Positions 13,392-26,604 of a stretch of DNA of 64,000 nucleotides are shown one piece after another. The stretch is from Nymphaea colorata. Its lineage: Eukaryota. The stretch covers positions 33,914,001 to 33,978,000 of the forward strand of contig NC_045138.2 of the NCBI RefSeq assembly GCF_008831285.2, in the 5' to 3' direction. Positions within the stretch are counted from its first letter, which is position 1. Each line of letters starts with the position of its first letter. Position numbers and translations under genes: made by a program. A model generated the notes under the pieces. The model saw nothing but the letters and a program-made list of their open reading frames with translations, was not told the DNA's origin and ran no database searches.

Positions 13392-15215
13392 GTGTGAGTG
13401 GACTGAAGAAAAGGTTTGCTGGTAGTGTAAATTAATATTGTTTGGTGATAAGTCAGCTTCGCTGTTAACGATTTTTTGACCCCCTCGTGTTCAGAGAAGG
13501 CATCCAAGGTTCTGTCCTTTGGAAACGATCATGGAGGCAGGCTCAAGGTCTTCAAGGCTGACATGATTGAACCGGGCAGCTATGATGCGGCAGTAGAGGG
13601 CTGCGATGGCGTCTTTCATGTGGCAGCTCATATGGAGTTTGGCGTTTACAGTAGACAAAATCCTGGTAACCTTTCTTTCTTTTCTCCTCTTTCTTTATAT
13701 ATAAAATGTACATAACGTATGTCGAACGGCTGAATAAATATAATGTGAACTACTTATGAGATATATGTGACAAATTTAATTGATGCTTCGTGGCATATTC
13801 GATGATCATTTTGAGTTATCCAGTCAATTTACTTGATAATTGCAAGGCGTCACATGTAAAATATTTTTTGAAGTTCATATCTTAATTGTTATTCACCTTT
13901 TTTGAGTAAATAAGCTTACACATATTCACATTTTATGAGACATGGTTTGGTTAATTGGATGGCCTAAAATCAGTATCGATGGTACATCATTTATACAAAG
14001 ATAGAATGAGCTTTCCTTTTCTATAAAATTTTGGAAAGTAAATTATCATATCTTGTCATTAATTTTAAACAAGTGCTCATGGTTGTTTGATTCGGTTGAT
14101 CCACACTTATTTAGTAGTTCAAGTCAGGGATAAATCTAAATTGTTGAAAGTGCGACTTTAGTTAAATAATTTTTCATTGTATAGAAAATTTAAAGAAAAA
14201 CTCAAATTTTGTCTTTTCGTGGATTCAGTTTTTGGATCAAATATTAGTTTTTTTGTAATCTAAGTTTGGGTCTATATAGAAAGGTTGCTTTGTCGAATAA
14301 ACAACTGATAAATGTCCCTCGGTGGCACTCAATATTGATCGGCAGACAGCTATCTGAAGTCCGATGTCCACAAGCTGGCGACGGCCGGCACACTGAACGT
14401 TCTAGAAGCTTGCCTGAAGGCTAAAACGGTGAAGAGGGTGGTGATGACGTCGTCCGTCAGCATCATCACGGCAAGGGACGTCGGCGGGAAGCTGAAGAGT
14501 ACGGTGGTGGACGAGTCCTGCCTTAACTCCATCGACTCCATTCTGCGCGCCCGGGCTCATGGATGGGTAATCACCCCCACTCCCCCTCTTTCCTTTTAGA
14601 ACGAGTTCCGTTTTGTTGTCCAACCTGCAGCATCTGCATATGATCTGCACTCAAAATTGGATGAGGAGAAGCGTGCAATGACAAATGAAACAATGAATTA
14701 ATTATGTTGTTTAACACAGTTGCTTCCTCAACATTCACCATTAAAGAAAATATAGCTTCTCTGGTTTCATTAGCTTAATTTCCTGTCACATCTACAGGTC
14801 TAGAATTAATTGTGTTGTTTAACACAGTTGCTTCCTCAACATTCACCATCAAACAAAATATAGCTTCTCTGCTTTCATTAATTTAATTTCCTGTCACATC
14901 TACAGGTCTACGCAGCATCAAAGATCATTGCAGATCAAACGGCACTAAAATTTGTTAATGAGAAGGGCTTGGACTTGGTGTCCATAATACCATCAACTGT
15001 GGGCGGTCCATTCTTGACCCCTACTGTTCCTGCAAGCCTCCAAGTACTGTTGTCCCCATTCACAGGTAGGCCTGGCAAACTACCCAAATCCAGAATCGAC
15101 CGTGAAGTCATGGGGTTGTTTTCTTGATTTAGATAATGAAGACAAACCATTGAGAATCTGAGATCGTTCTTATAGCTTTTCTTTTCAATCAGAGAAGTGG
15201 GGACATGATAATTTG

Positions 15216-15251
<36 letters not shown>

Positions 15252-16933
15252 GTATATGTATGTATGTATGTGTAGGATACTGATAGCAATGCAGTTGTGC
15301 ATAAAACTTTTTACAAACTTCTAAGAATTACAGTTGATCTGTCACACTAATTTGCAGGAGACCGGGGCCTTTATCCGATAATAACTGCAGTGAATTCCAG
15401 ATTGGGGTGCATCCCCATTGTCCACATAGAAGACATATGTGACGCTCACATTTTCTTGATGGAGGAAAGGGAGGCAAAGGGACGTTACATTTGCTCTGCA
15501 CATAGTTGTGATCTCCATCAACTCACCGACTTCTGCAATCAGCAGTATTCCCTTCCCGTCAAACACAAGTAAAACTCTCTACTCCTTAGCTAATAAATGA
15601 CGCCCAAACATGATGTTGATGAACTCCCAACATGAAAATTATAGCGCAGCATGAAAATCTATATTACCAAGAGTCCATGATTATGTGCAGTTGGTGAAGA
15701 TGCGATGATCTGGTATGTGTTTGGATGAAAAGTCATCAGGAACATGTTCTTGAGATGTGACTTTGTAAATCAAAAGCTTTCACTCGAACAAGAAACTAGC
15801 TTGAGAACTTGAAATCCCAAGAAAGACATAATAAAAACTTGATTCCTTACCTTCGGAAAACTTTTAAAATATATCCTCTCAAGATGAATGCATATGAATA
15901 AGTTGTTCCTGTGTGTGAAGGCAAAACGGACTCGGATCTGCTAGTAGTAATTTACTTTCAGTAAGACAGCAACAGAGAATAATGACGAGATATCTTTTCC
16001 AGCGACTTGCTTAACCACTTTCCTGAGGTTGAGTTTTATTGGGACAGCCATGTAGTTGAAAACTCAAATTAAAAGAAAAAAGAATATATTAAATTAGTTA
16101 TTTTCTGAGATCAAGAAAGGCATCATATTAATTTGTCAAACACCTCATTATTCTAGTGGAAAAGACAAAAGTTGCTGACTTAGGCTGCCCAATAAAAATT
16201 AACCATCTCCGTTCCTTACTGGTATGAATTGATATTACGTTTTTAAGGAAATGTTTGATGGCATGCAGAGAAGATACCATTGAAGTACGAAGGGGCCATT
16301 AAATATGGTGAAATTGGTGAACCTTTACCCCTTCTAATCTTTTTTACTTTAAAAAAAGGAGGGAGAAAGAGTCAGACCTGATGCATTCCATTTTTTTTTC
16401 CTTTATTTCGTGCACTCAAAATGAATCCATCAGGTGTCCAATAGATTTATGTGTGCATCCAACAAGAAGGGAGTCATGTAATTTTTTCTACCGAACTGAC
16501 GAGGGCACATATTTGCGGCGGCGAGTTGACAGTTGTTAAAAGTGACGGCTATTTCAGGTTAAAGTTAACATGTAACATGTTGGGACAAGTGAAGCCTTTT
16601 CATGAAATTTAGAAACGCGGGACACGTTTTCTAGGATATGACTAAAAATCGGGCACGTTAATGGAGATTTCCATAATATCAGAGAGATAGAGAGAGGAAG
16701 GGAGACTCTGTTCTTGCGGAGCTCAAATTGAGAAAGCAGTAAAAACTCATCAATAGCTTCTTGTCGGTTGCAGATTGTCGGACGAGCCTGAAGGGTGGAC
16801 TCCTACAACACTCTCCTCTGAAAGGCTGAAAAAGCTGGGCTTCCAATTCAAGCACGGGATGAAGAAGATACTCAAAGACACCGTTGATTGCAGCGCTGAG
16901 CTTGGGCTGCTCAGCAGCACTCCACCAAACTGA
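11750..16933 (+). CDS. DFR/anthocyanidin-reductase-like NAD(P)-dependent reductase (extended SDR family)
   Basis: Exons 11750-11885, 13495-13665, 14346-14566, 14906-15065, 15358-15568 and 16774-16933 total 1059 nt (352 aa) with consistent phases. Motifs: [19 protein letters not shown] (Rossmann fold), [19 protein letters not shown], catalytic [20 protein letters not shown]. It resembles the At4g27250-type clade from recall. Confidence 0.92.
12536..12569. repeat. (TA)n microsatellite in reductase intron 1
   Basis: Direct reading of the sequence. Confidence 0.95.
13318..13396. repeat. Compound (TA)n(TG)n microsatellite in reductase intron 1
   Basis: Direct reading of the sequence. Confidence 0.95.
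14695..14910 (+). repeat. 108-bp tandem duplication spanning the intron-3 splice acceptor of the reductase
   Basis: Copies 14695-14802 and 14803-14910 both end ...ttcctgtcacatctacag|gtcta. Confidence 0.9.
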
Positions 16934-19389
16934 GCCACCTCGGTGCTGCATTTAAAAACGAACCAGCTGGTTGGATCGACCACTTTCAAGCAGTAACTCT
17001 TGTAAGCTATGAACAGACTGTGTTGTGCTTTCTCATCTGTTGAATGTCAGGTTGCTCAGAGTTGCAGACATGAAGCAAAGATTATCGATGTGGAAATGTC
17101 AGGTTCTCTGCTAGAGTGTTAAAATAAAATAAATCGTGACTGTGTGTTGCAGTGAGGATGTTTTAAATTTTGAATTTCGAAATTTTTGGGAAGGTCTAGT
17201 TTGCCAATGATATTCTATAAGGCGCTGATGTTCTACTCAAAAAGACAGACGAGAACCTTTTCCTGGTGGAACTTGTCAAAACAGAGGTGTGAAGTTAATT
17301 TCTTAATTAGCCGCCATATGTACGCCAGCATTTACGACTTTGTTTCCTGAGGATCATGTTCGGAGATTCTGGAAAGGCGTTCTTATTTGGGGCCCATGAT
17401 TCTTCCTTAGCGTGCAATTTTCTAACAACAATTTGCAGAAATTCATCCCCTGCTTCACATCCATAAACTGGTTACAAAGCTGCTTCTGCCGTTGGCAGTT
17501 CTGGAACTGGTCCAAGCACACAGAGACGAAGGGAATTAGAGTTCGAACCCAGTGCCAGCGGAATTTGCGAACTTAATCTCAAATTTTGTTGCTTATGCAC
17601 TGCAAAGCGAAAGCAACAACTTGATCATCAACTTTTGTTTCTTATGCACTACAAAGCGAAAGCAACTGAATGAACAAAAAAGCAAAAAAACAAAGTATAA
17701 ATTATATTCGACATGTCAAATTGTCAAGAAGAACAAAAATTGCATAAATAGCCATTAATGCTGTGTTCTGAGGATTCGGAGAGTGCCAAACGACAAGTGC
17801 CGCTTGATAGGCGTAATACATATCCTAAAAGATAAACCCCAAAGTCGAGTGCCCTACATACATGCAAGCCACTGGTAAGATCCCATGAGTACGGATCATT
17901 TGTGAAATGGGTACGCCTATCTTGATTTGATGGATGCCAATATCGCCTAGAAAACAAGATAAAGTTTCACTGTAGATTGAGACAAACAGCACTTTCTGGT
18001 GATAGATGGTAGTTGTAGATTCTTTTCTTTTCTCACAATTTGAAGTTATGAACAACAGGCTTTGTACACATCAAAGTTACAGGTGTAGAAAGGAGGTTCA
18101 TGAGTTACTTTCAGTTGTTTACTGCAGGACTCAAATCGTTCTCTTCACGTGCAGAACTGGGACTTCTGGAGCATGGATGTGCTATTACGTCAAATGGATA
18201 AGTGATATTGTTCAAAAGTTCGAACGACAGGGGTTTTCTTTTTCCCGTTTTTCCCTTTTACCTTCAAAATGAAAAGAGTGACCTGATATAATTAATTTTA
18301 TAGAAACTAAGAAAGAATTTAACTTGGACAAAAACAGTAGGAAAGCTCAAAAGAGACAAGGTCAGTTCTGCATGAACTTGTCATTTTAGAGGCAGGGTTC
18401 TTCCCAACCTGCAGAAGCCGTGCGCGTGCAAGCATGCCCACCTACCTACATAAATAAGCATGCCAAGGAGTAGACAGTAGCTAGAATTACTAGCTTCACC
18501 GGGTGTGTGTGTGGGTGTGCGTGTGTGTTTGTGTGTGTGGGTGAGAGAGAGAGAGAGAGATTCCTCTGTGATCCTATTGACCAAACCACGCCAACCGTGG
18601 CATCTAAATGGTGACAGACAACCAGGACAGACTCTGTTTCCTGCAACAGAAAACCCACATTAACTTTTTACCTCTTCTAACTAGGGCTTGGGTGCTGCAA
18701 ACAAAGGAACCTTTGAAGAAAAGTGAGTAATATTCCCCGCTAAATTACATTTTATCAAGCACAACAATCCTCTCTATTGCTTAACGAAAAGGTAGACATG
18801 CTCAATACAAACGACACTGCCTCTTTTTCAAAGAGAAATCACTAAGACTTCCCAAAGCGATTCAGACGCAATTTTTCTTCCTAAGGAGGCATCCAAATTG
18901 GAGTGATCTCAAATTTCACAAAAAAGTAAAATAGTCATGTCAAATTGGGCCCAACTTATACCCTTCCCTTCTTAATCAACCACCCACCATTTGCTTAGAG
19001 TTGCTTCAGTTTTCATTAGCATCAAATTGGTCCAATTCATGTTAATTTTGATAACTTTGTAAGCATTCAGGAAGTAGTCAACGGTACATCACGAGAAAAC
19101 CAATAACATGGATCGCAGCTTGGAAATCCTGCATGTTTCATCAATATGGACCAACTCAATCCATAAGTACGTCACTCCCATCGATTCAATAGTACAATAA
19201 CAGTTGCAGTGGAATGTACAGAAACCAAATGATAACAAAATAAAGTGGATCTCTTTGCCTGATCTTAAGGTTGAAAGGAATACAAGCATATCTGAGCTGA
19301 AAGCATGACCTTTGACTGCTGTGAGATCCATCAAAATTATGTACCACAATGTCTAGAATAGTTACGATGTGGCCAAGGACGGGATCTGT

Positions 19390-21672
19390 TCATGATTTAC
19401 AGATTACCACAAAGCATGGTAGTAGAGCTCTAGGATTGAGCAAGTAGAGCTCCTCGATGTTAGAATAGAGACCCACTTTTCCAGCCAAGGAGTCGAAGCC
19501 GGACTGGCCACTCATTTCTTGAATATTGTCTAATGGCTTGTGAACTCGACCTGCGATAACTCTGCAGACAACCAAAGCCTTCCTCACTGAGGGGTTGTCA
19601 TCGTACACTTCAATGGATTCATAAGCTCTTCCACTAGTAGAAGTGGTGAAGACTCCAATTCCTCCCTTCATTTCCTTCTTTGTAGAAAACCCATGTCTGA
19701 TAATCCGGCATACACTACATTTTTCAGATATGCAGAGGTTGGACGAGGCGTTCATGCCTAACGAGCATGTGACAGTGGTGCCATAAAATCTCAACAATTC
19801 ATTGCCATCAGCAAGGCAACGTGGATGTTTCTTGGGCAACTTGCTGGCTTTTATCTTCACCATTTCTCTGTATTCTTCGAATCGAGCAAGTGTCTTTTGC
19901 ATGTTATGAACTTTTAAGACCCTTTCTATTCTACCACAGTGGCTCTCAGACTTCAACCAGCTTGTCCTGCAGATAATCTCCACAATCTTTCTAGATGAAT
20001 CACCTTCAACCAGCTCAGTAACTGCAAAAAAATGACATCAGATATCACTAATTCCAGAAGAAACATCTCATCAAACGAAGTTCGTGTAACAAAAGATTGT
20101 CCTGTAAAGAAGGCTATAAATACGGCAGTCTGAAGAAACTTTGTTATCAGATGAATGCAGACCATTAATAATCGCGTACGAACGAGCCATAACCTCCATG
20201 ACAGAAAGAGGTCTAATGACTCCAAATGTTGAAGTAGGTGAGATGGACATAAATGCATGTATCGTCATTCATTGTTTTCCAGCACATCATTAAGCTTTTA
20301 ATACAAGTTAGAGGTAGTGGACAATTTGCATGTTCACAAAATTGCATTTCAGAGTATTAATGATGCCAGCTTCAATTTCTGCAAAACGAAAACAACCGAC
20401 ACAGTGGCAAGCAGGTCCCTCATTTCTTTTTTCTGAAGCATAGGATTTCACCAGAGGTTTAGCATCAAGGAATAAACACAATAAGGAGGGAAATGAGATT
20501 GGCATGTAACTAAACAGAAAAAAGGAAAATTGAAGGAGCTTTAAGATTGCAATATCTTAAATTCATAGATGTAAAGAATTTGAAATTTGGAAAAAGGTAA
20601 GGAAATACCACTATCGCATCAAATATAAGATTTAGAGCAACAGAGGAAATCCAATAAAAGGTAAGGAAATTTCAGAAGTGAACAAATTACTGCTTCACCA
20701 TTTTCTTTTCTGGCGCCCCCTTCGTTTTCCATGCCCGCCAGCAACACAAAGAGAGGAAGAACATTATGTACGGGAAACAGAGTATCCATGCTCAGCCATT
20801 AATCCTCATGAATCAGAACAGAGAGAAAAAGGGGAAAAAAACCTTCATCCACTGTATTAGAAAAAGAATAGCAAAGCTCTTTCGTGGCACTTGATAAATA
20901 CACACATCAGGAGAACGGTTCACAGAAAATTTAATTAAAGAGTGTGAAAAAAGGAGGAGGCACTTTCAATTAGGGAAAGGGGAACAACAGGAGGAGATTA
21001 AAAGTTTCATCAAATTCTGCATTTACCTGCATGTTTGGCGAGATGATGCGATTCAAGAGCCTCCCACTTTCCAAACTGTTCTCCGCATTTGTGGCAAGTC
21101 ACATTTGCACATCCTTGAGCTTCAGAACTGCGTGAGAACCTTCGGCTGGACACCGGAAGACCGGTCCCGCTAAAGATAGCAGCAGATAGAGCAGAACCAC
21201 CGTGCTTGGACTGATCTCTGTGCGGGATATGGAAGCCAGGGGACTTTCTTGGAGGCGTTGCAGCAAAGCTTCCACCAAAAGAAGGGCCGTAATGAAGGCC
21301 ACTCTGTCCCCCAGGACCAGGGGTACCAGGCCTAAGGGTGCCCACAAAGGTGGAGCCATCATCATGAGCACCATTGAAGCCTGTAATCTTCAGCTCACAC
21401 CTTGAGTTGCTCAGAATGACCTCATGTGCTATTGGATTGAGAAACTCGCTGCTTCCTATGGACCTAGGACTGCAGCTTGGGGGCTTATCCAGGTGTCGTT
21501 TGCTACCATGAATGACATCTTTGAGATTGGCAATGGATCTTGAACAACCAGACCTACCAGACTTCTTGGTCTGAATTGAGCTCAGCTGCCGCTTCGTCCT
21601 TGGATCATAAACATCGGCGGGCTCAGATTTGCAATGGAGGGATTTTTTCAGAGCAAACCACACTGTTGGCAT
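19390..21672 (-). CDS. C2H2 zinc-finger protein with C-terminal PARP/ADP-ribosyltransferase-like domain
   Basis: Exons 21672-21027 and 20021-19390 total 1278 nt (425 aa). It starts MPTVWFALKKSLHCKSEP, has a finger CHKCGEQFGKWEALESHHLAKH, and continues AVTELVEGDSSRKIVEIIC...DGNELLRFYGTT...ALVVCRVIAGRV...EELYLLNPRALLPCFVVIC. Confidence 0.9.
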
Positions 21673-24600
21673 TTTTTCCTGCAATTATTACTATCCGAAT
21701 ACTTTCCAGATTACATGCTTTTCATGGAAATCCACGAGACTTCCCAACCCAGTAGAGATCTTCTTTCAACCCCAAAAAGCTACTTTTACTCAGAAACACT
21801 GCTTTCCTTTAATTTTCTGAAAAAACCTCCTCGTCACTTGAGACACGATAACCTCAAGACTGACGCTATTACTTGGACGGGGCATAACTCAAGAGTCGCA
21901 GGAAGCATAGACGTACCTGTTCATGTACACCTCTTGTCTACCTTCTGAAGTCAATCCACCATGAAGACCAGAGTAATATGACCATTGTTAAGGACGTCCA
22001 AGTGACAAGTTTTTTTATGGGAAGACTTGTTCAGCATTGGGAGCTCAATCCACTGCTATCGCTGCAACACTACCAACTCGAGGACTTGAAGGAAATTCAG
22101 AGAACCCTTTACAGAATATGAATGCTTAACCCCATAAAGCCAATCGACAATCTCATGGCTAAACGAAGAAAGAAAGGGGGGAGTTTCCGGAAAGAAACAG
22201 ATCAGAAACTGACCGGCGGGTAGACAAGAAAGAGGGCAATGAATTTAACACTGGAATGCCAGAATCTTACATGCTAGAATGGCGCCAAAGCACCATTTCT
22301 CTCTTCAACCGCTCTTCTCCTTATGGAAAAGCGATCGTCCACCATTAAAAACTGGCCAGCCAGCCATCTAGCATGATGTTTCAGGACATTAAATGGCTCA
22401 TTTATCTCCAAGAACAAAAGGAAACAACAGAAAAAAGAAGGAAGAAAAAGTTTCCATCTAGAGGCCCACGTTTTGCCTGATATGTCGGAAAATGTCCCAT
22501 GTTTTTAGAAAACGACTCAGCACTGGCATCGGCGGTGTGAATATCAAAATAAAGTGTCCTTAGTTCTATCCTGACATCCCTCATTGTAAATGCTTGTGTA
22601 ATGGGCATCTCAGTATCAGACCAAGCATACCTCAGTTCAAATTTGGTACTTATGCCCATATCCAGTCATTGATTTTGTGCAAATTTCTACTTGTCGGAGA
22701 CCAAATCGAAATCTAATTTCTATTAAAGCACACCATACTCGTCTTAGTAAGTATACATATAAATCAACGTGCCTAATCAAGTGCAATGAAACGCAAAAAG
22801 AGTAGCTTACTGTTTTATTTTTACATATTACTAGCAGTAAAAATTAGTCCAACCAGATACTCAACCAACTGTTTATTTGGAATCAAGAAAGAGAAAAGAA
22901 GTCGTTCTGAAAACCTGAGCTACCTTTTAAAGAACATAACACCAGGCACTTTCAGAAACAATTAAAAGTGGAACTGTAAAGAAAATTTCTCGAAAAGAAA
23001 GTAAAAAAAGCAAAAGGAAGCAAACAACTAAACGAGGTAAGGCTTGACCCTCTGGATCCTGCTATCATGAAATCCAAGATTTGAAACATTCATTACCCAG
23101 ACTGACAAAAAGCTGTTCCACAGGAAGGCTGATAAAACTTTGGGATTTTGAAAGTTTGAGGCTGACATTAATTAAAATGATCGATCAGACTGCAAGTGCC
23201 AGTTTTTCTTTTTGTTTATTTGAATTGAAGAGAGAAGAAGGTGAAGGGACAGTCGATGAAAGATACAAATGGCGAGGAAAGGACAGGACATCATGCGTGA
23301 AGGTTTAGGCATAAATCACAAGTCAGCCTGCCGGTAATCTAGTCAACCATTTGTCACCGCCGGTTAGAAAAGCCTACTAATCAGAAGGCTGCCCTTAAAT
23401 GAAGGTACTCGATTGCCCTACCAGTTTCTTAATGAGCCACGTGATCTTCTAACAGACAGTGGCCGGAAAGAAGAAAGATTTCTGTCCTACCGGCCTGCCA
23501 GATATAAGTTATAGTCGCATAATATCGGCGTTCTTGTCTCAAAAGTTTCCATATCTTATCCCGAATCCGGTAGCCACACGATATTTTCGAAAACCAAACA
23601 CTTACGACAATATTGTGTACTTGCTTTTATGTGATTAGCCTCTTCATGTATTTTTATGTGCGTCGATATCTTCTCCCTCAGGGAATTAAATTTTCCTTAT
23701 TTGGTTGGCTTTGGGAGATGCCTGTAATTTGCAGGTCCGATTGGGATCGATGTGCACGGCTTGGATTGGATAAGGTTCAACTTCCGTCAAATTTGACGGC
23801 TGGGATTCTAACTAGCCGAATTCAGATCCATCTAGAAGAAGATCTGACATTTACATGTATTTAGATTGGATCTTTATTGAGCCTCGGTCGATATTAAACT
23901 GATTTGAATTTAATTACAATAGGATCCAAATTTGAGTCTGATAAATCTTGTGTATCCATTTTTTATCATTTGGATCCGTTTTCGTTTTGATATTAATGCA
24001 GTCGGCACGTGTAGGCAGCTGCCCATACAGACTCCCTAATTTTCAAAAGTTGGCGGTTAACTGACTTCCAATATATATAAATGTACAGCCGTCCAATAAA
24101 AATATCATTCAACTATATCTAAATTGGTACATGCAGCTCACGATATTATTATATTATATATGATAAACAAGTAAGAAACGAATCGCAACCCCATATGGTG
24201 CGCGTGATGCGTGGTTCAAAAAATGTGGCACTTTTTTTTTCTTAGTGAATTGTAAAAAATGCGCCAATATAGTTTAGCGTACCTCAATTTTCAATAATTT
24301 ATTACTCCCCTTTGAACGTTTAATTTAGTGTTTAAAAAAATAATTATGGGGATCAAGTCTCCACACCTTAGACGTTACGGAGAAATAAGAAATCTTTTTT
24401 CGTTGGGAACAATTGAAGTTTTAATCATTTTTAACTATTCCGTGCTCATTAATTTTTTTAAATAAATTGGGGTTGATCTTTAAATGGCCATCATTTCCTG
24501 CCAACCTGGTGTGAAATAGCAGAAACGCGACATGTCAGAGTTGTCTGTGAATAAATAATTCAATTTAAAAAAAAAAAGGTACAAACACATTCACGTATGG

Positions 24601-26469
24601 TGGTTCTGTCTGCTAGTGGTTTTAGAAATTTAAAATTCCGACCGGCGACAAAAATACTCCGTCCGGTTCACGGTCATGGCATTATTTGTAAAATAACATT
24701 TTCGGTTAGTGGAGGAAATCGGATCAAGCAACTCTCTATCAGCACTTGGAGGAAGTTTGAGCTGCACACCAATTAGGCGATTATACCATTCGGATTGGGG
24801 ACAAGGCTACTTTTAAGACTTTAAGTTAGGGATGTCAATGGATTGAATTTTAATAGGACATATACCTTGTCTTATCAGTTTTGTTGAATATCTACATATT
24901 CAAATTCATATTTGAATTTGAATGAAGAAAAATCTATACCATATCTGAATTCATAATGTGAATCCAATTTTTACATTAACATATGAATCCCAATCCAAAT
25001 TTTAAATTGAATCCAACACTATGGACATTAAATATATGTTATTTATTTAAATAGCTACTTTTCACTTAATTGTCATGGTCTGTCCACTGTGTTTAGCAGT
25101 TGGGCGACAGACTTGACCTTTTCTTCCCTTAACTTTCGGGAAAGTAAACAAGATACTTCGAAAGCTGGCGCCATAAAGTAAACTGTAATTTACATCATGT
25201 TTTGCAAAATCAGGTTATATGTAAGTCTGTGACTGATACTTAGCTATTAAGAAACTGCAATTTGCATCCACTTTTGCTTCATCCAGCATTGTTGCTCATC
25301 TGAACAGGAAGAGTTTCACTAATTCTTGAAAGAGATGGTGTTTGGTGGGAAGAGTTTTGAGTTACCTAGCAGCATGTAGAAGCGTGTAATTTCAGTCACG
25401 CTTTGCTTGTGGATGTGGACAAATTATAATCAATTTTGCTGGCGTATGAGCTGGTTAGGCAGTGGTTGAGCCTTATAAAAGCATATAAGTAATGAATCGA
25501 CTGTTCTATTTGAAAAATACTCCAGCTATTTAAATACATTCGTGAGACGTCATACGCAACTCGAGTTTGGTACCGACTTGTCTCTCTCCCTCATAAAAAG
25601 ACAAATATTGGTGTGGTTCCTGCATTGGCAATGTAGGAAGAAATATAACTTGGGTACCGGACCGGACTGTTGGACCTTGTCTTCCAACATTATAATGAGA
25701 CTTTCCACACCACAGACATGATTGTATATGCGTTATTCAACCATGTGCATGCCTTGATATCTTAGTTGCAGGTTAAGGTGTGAAATAGTGCCAGCACAGG
25801 TGCCGCATTTTTTCAAAGGATTCATATCAGTAAAGCTGCAGTTAGGATTTGCATCTGCACATAAACTTGAGTGGCGTCAACTCGGATGCAGCGAATGTTC
25901 TGATGAGTCCGTGAGACTTGGGTCAATATCAAATGAAGTGAGATAAGTTGATCCAGCAAACTGAAAGGCAATGCCTTCTGGATTCACAATCGTGTATGTT
26001 TATAGGGTGACGATCAATAAGCATGGTAAAAAAACCCAGCTAATTGATCACTCGAGAATCGCTCAAGTTGACCAAAATCGCCAAAAGAGTGGGTCACAAG
26101 TCCAATAGTACCGACCCAAATGGTTCTGTATCAGATAAATCGAGCCAGATCACCCGATCTTGGTTCTAAATATTACCCAATGTCACTACGAAATATTTAT
26201 GACAAGTAATTAACCTAAGCATGACATTTCTTAGTTTATAGTTGCGGTTCATAAGTTATAGTTGTCTGATTTTTTTTTTTGGTTTGTTTGGAGTTAGTAG
26301 CTGATTTTATAGATACGTTCAATTTTTTCAGTGGAAATATCCTACAAACATTTTTGACCTGATCCAGACAAGTCATGGGATCAACTGACTGGGTTTGAAC
26401 CAATGGTCAGCCATTAATCGAAGTCACATGAGCTCGCCGATATGCCCATCAACGTAAAGTTGGCATTGA

Positions 26470-26604
26470 AGGTGGCGTTTGCCAAAAGAGACATTGTGTT
26501 AGTGTTTTATGAATCTAGGTAATTGTAAGATTGAGATAGATTCATAAAAACATTAGAAGCAAACGTTACATGAAACACTAACGGCTTTTGTTGCCAAACG
26601 CCCT
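26470..26604. mobile_element. Short Tourist-like MITE with internal inverted repeat
   Basis: Ends ggtggcgtttgccaaaag ... cttttgttgccaaacgccc followed by TTAA. Internal arms tagtgttttatgaatcta / tagattcataaaaacatta. Similar decayed elements occur in TPS intron 4 (~30010-30155 and ~52285-52430). Confidence 0.4.

Noticed and set aside
12315..13507. ORFs with YIYIYI / THTHTH / VCVCVC runs
   Set aside because: These are translations of dinucleotide microsatellites in an intron.
21673..21684. N-terminal extension MQEK of the zinc-finger gene
   Set aside because: The ORF track starts at a TTG. The first ATG is at 21672 (MPTVWF...).
25200..26030. Balanced-composition stretch that might be a pseudogene
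   Set aside because: No ORF of 60 aa or more and no recognisable protein motif in the frames I inspected. BLASTX would be needed.
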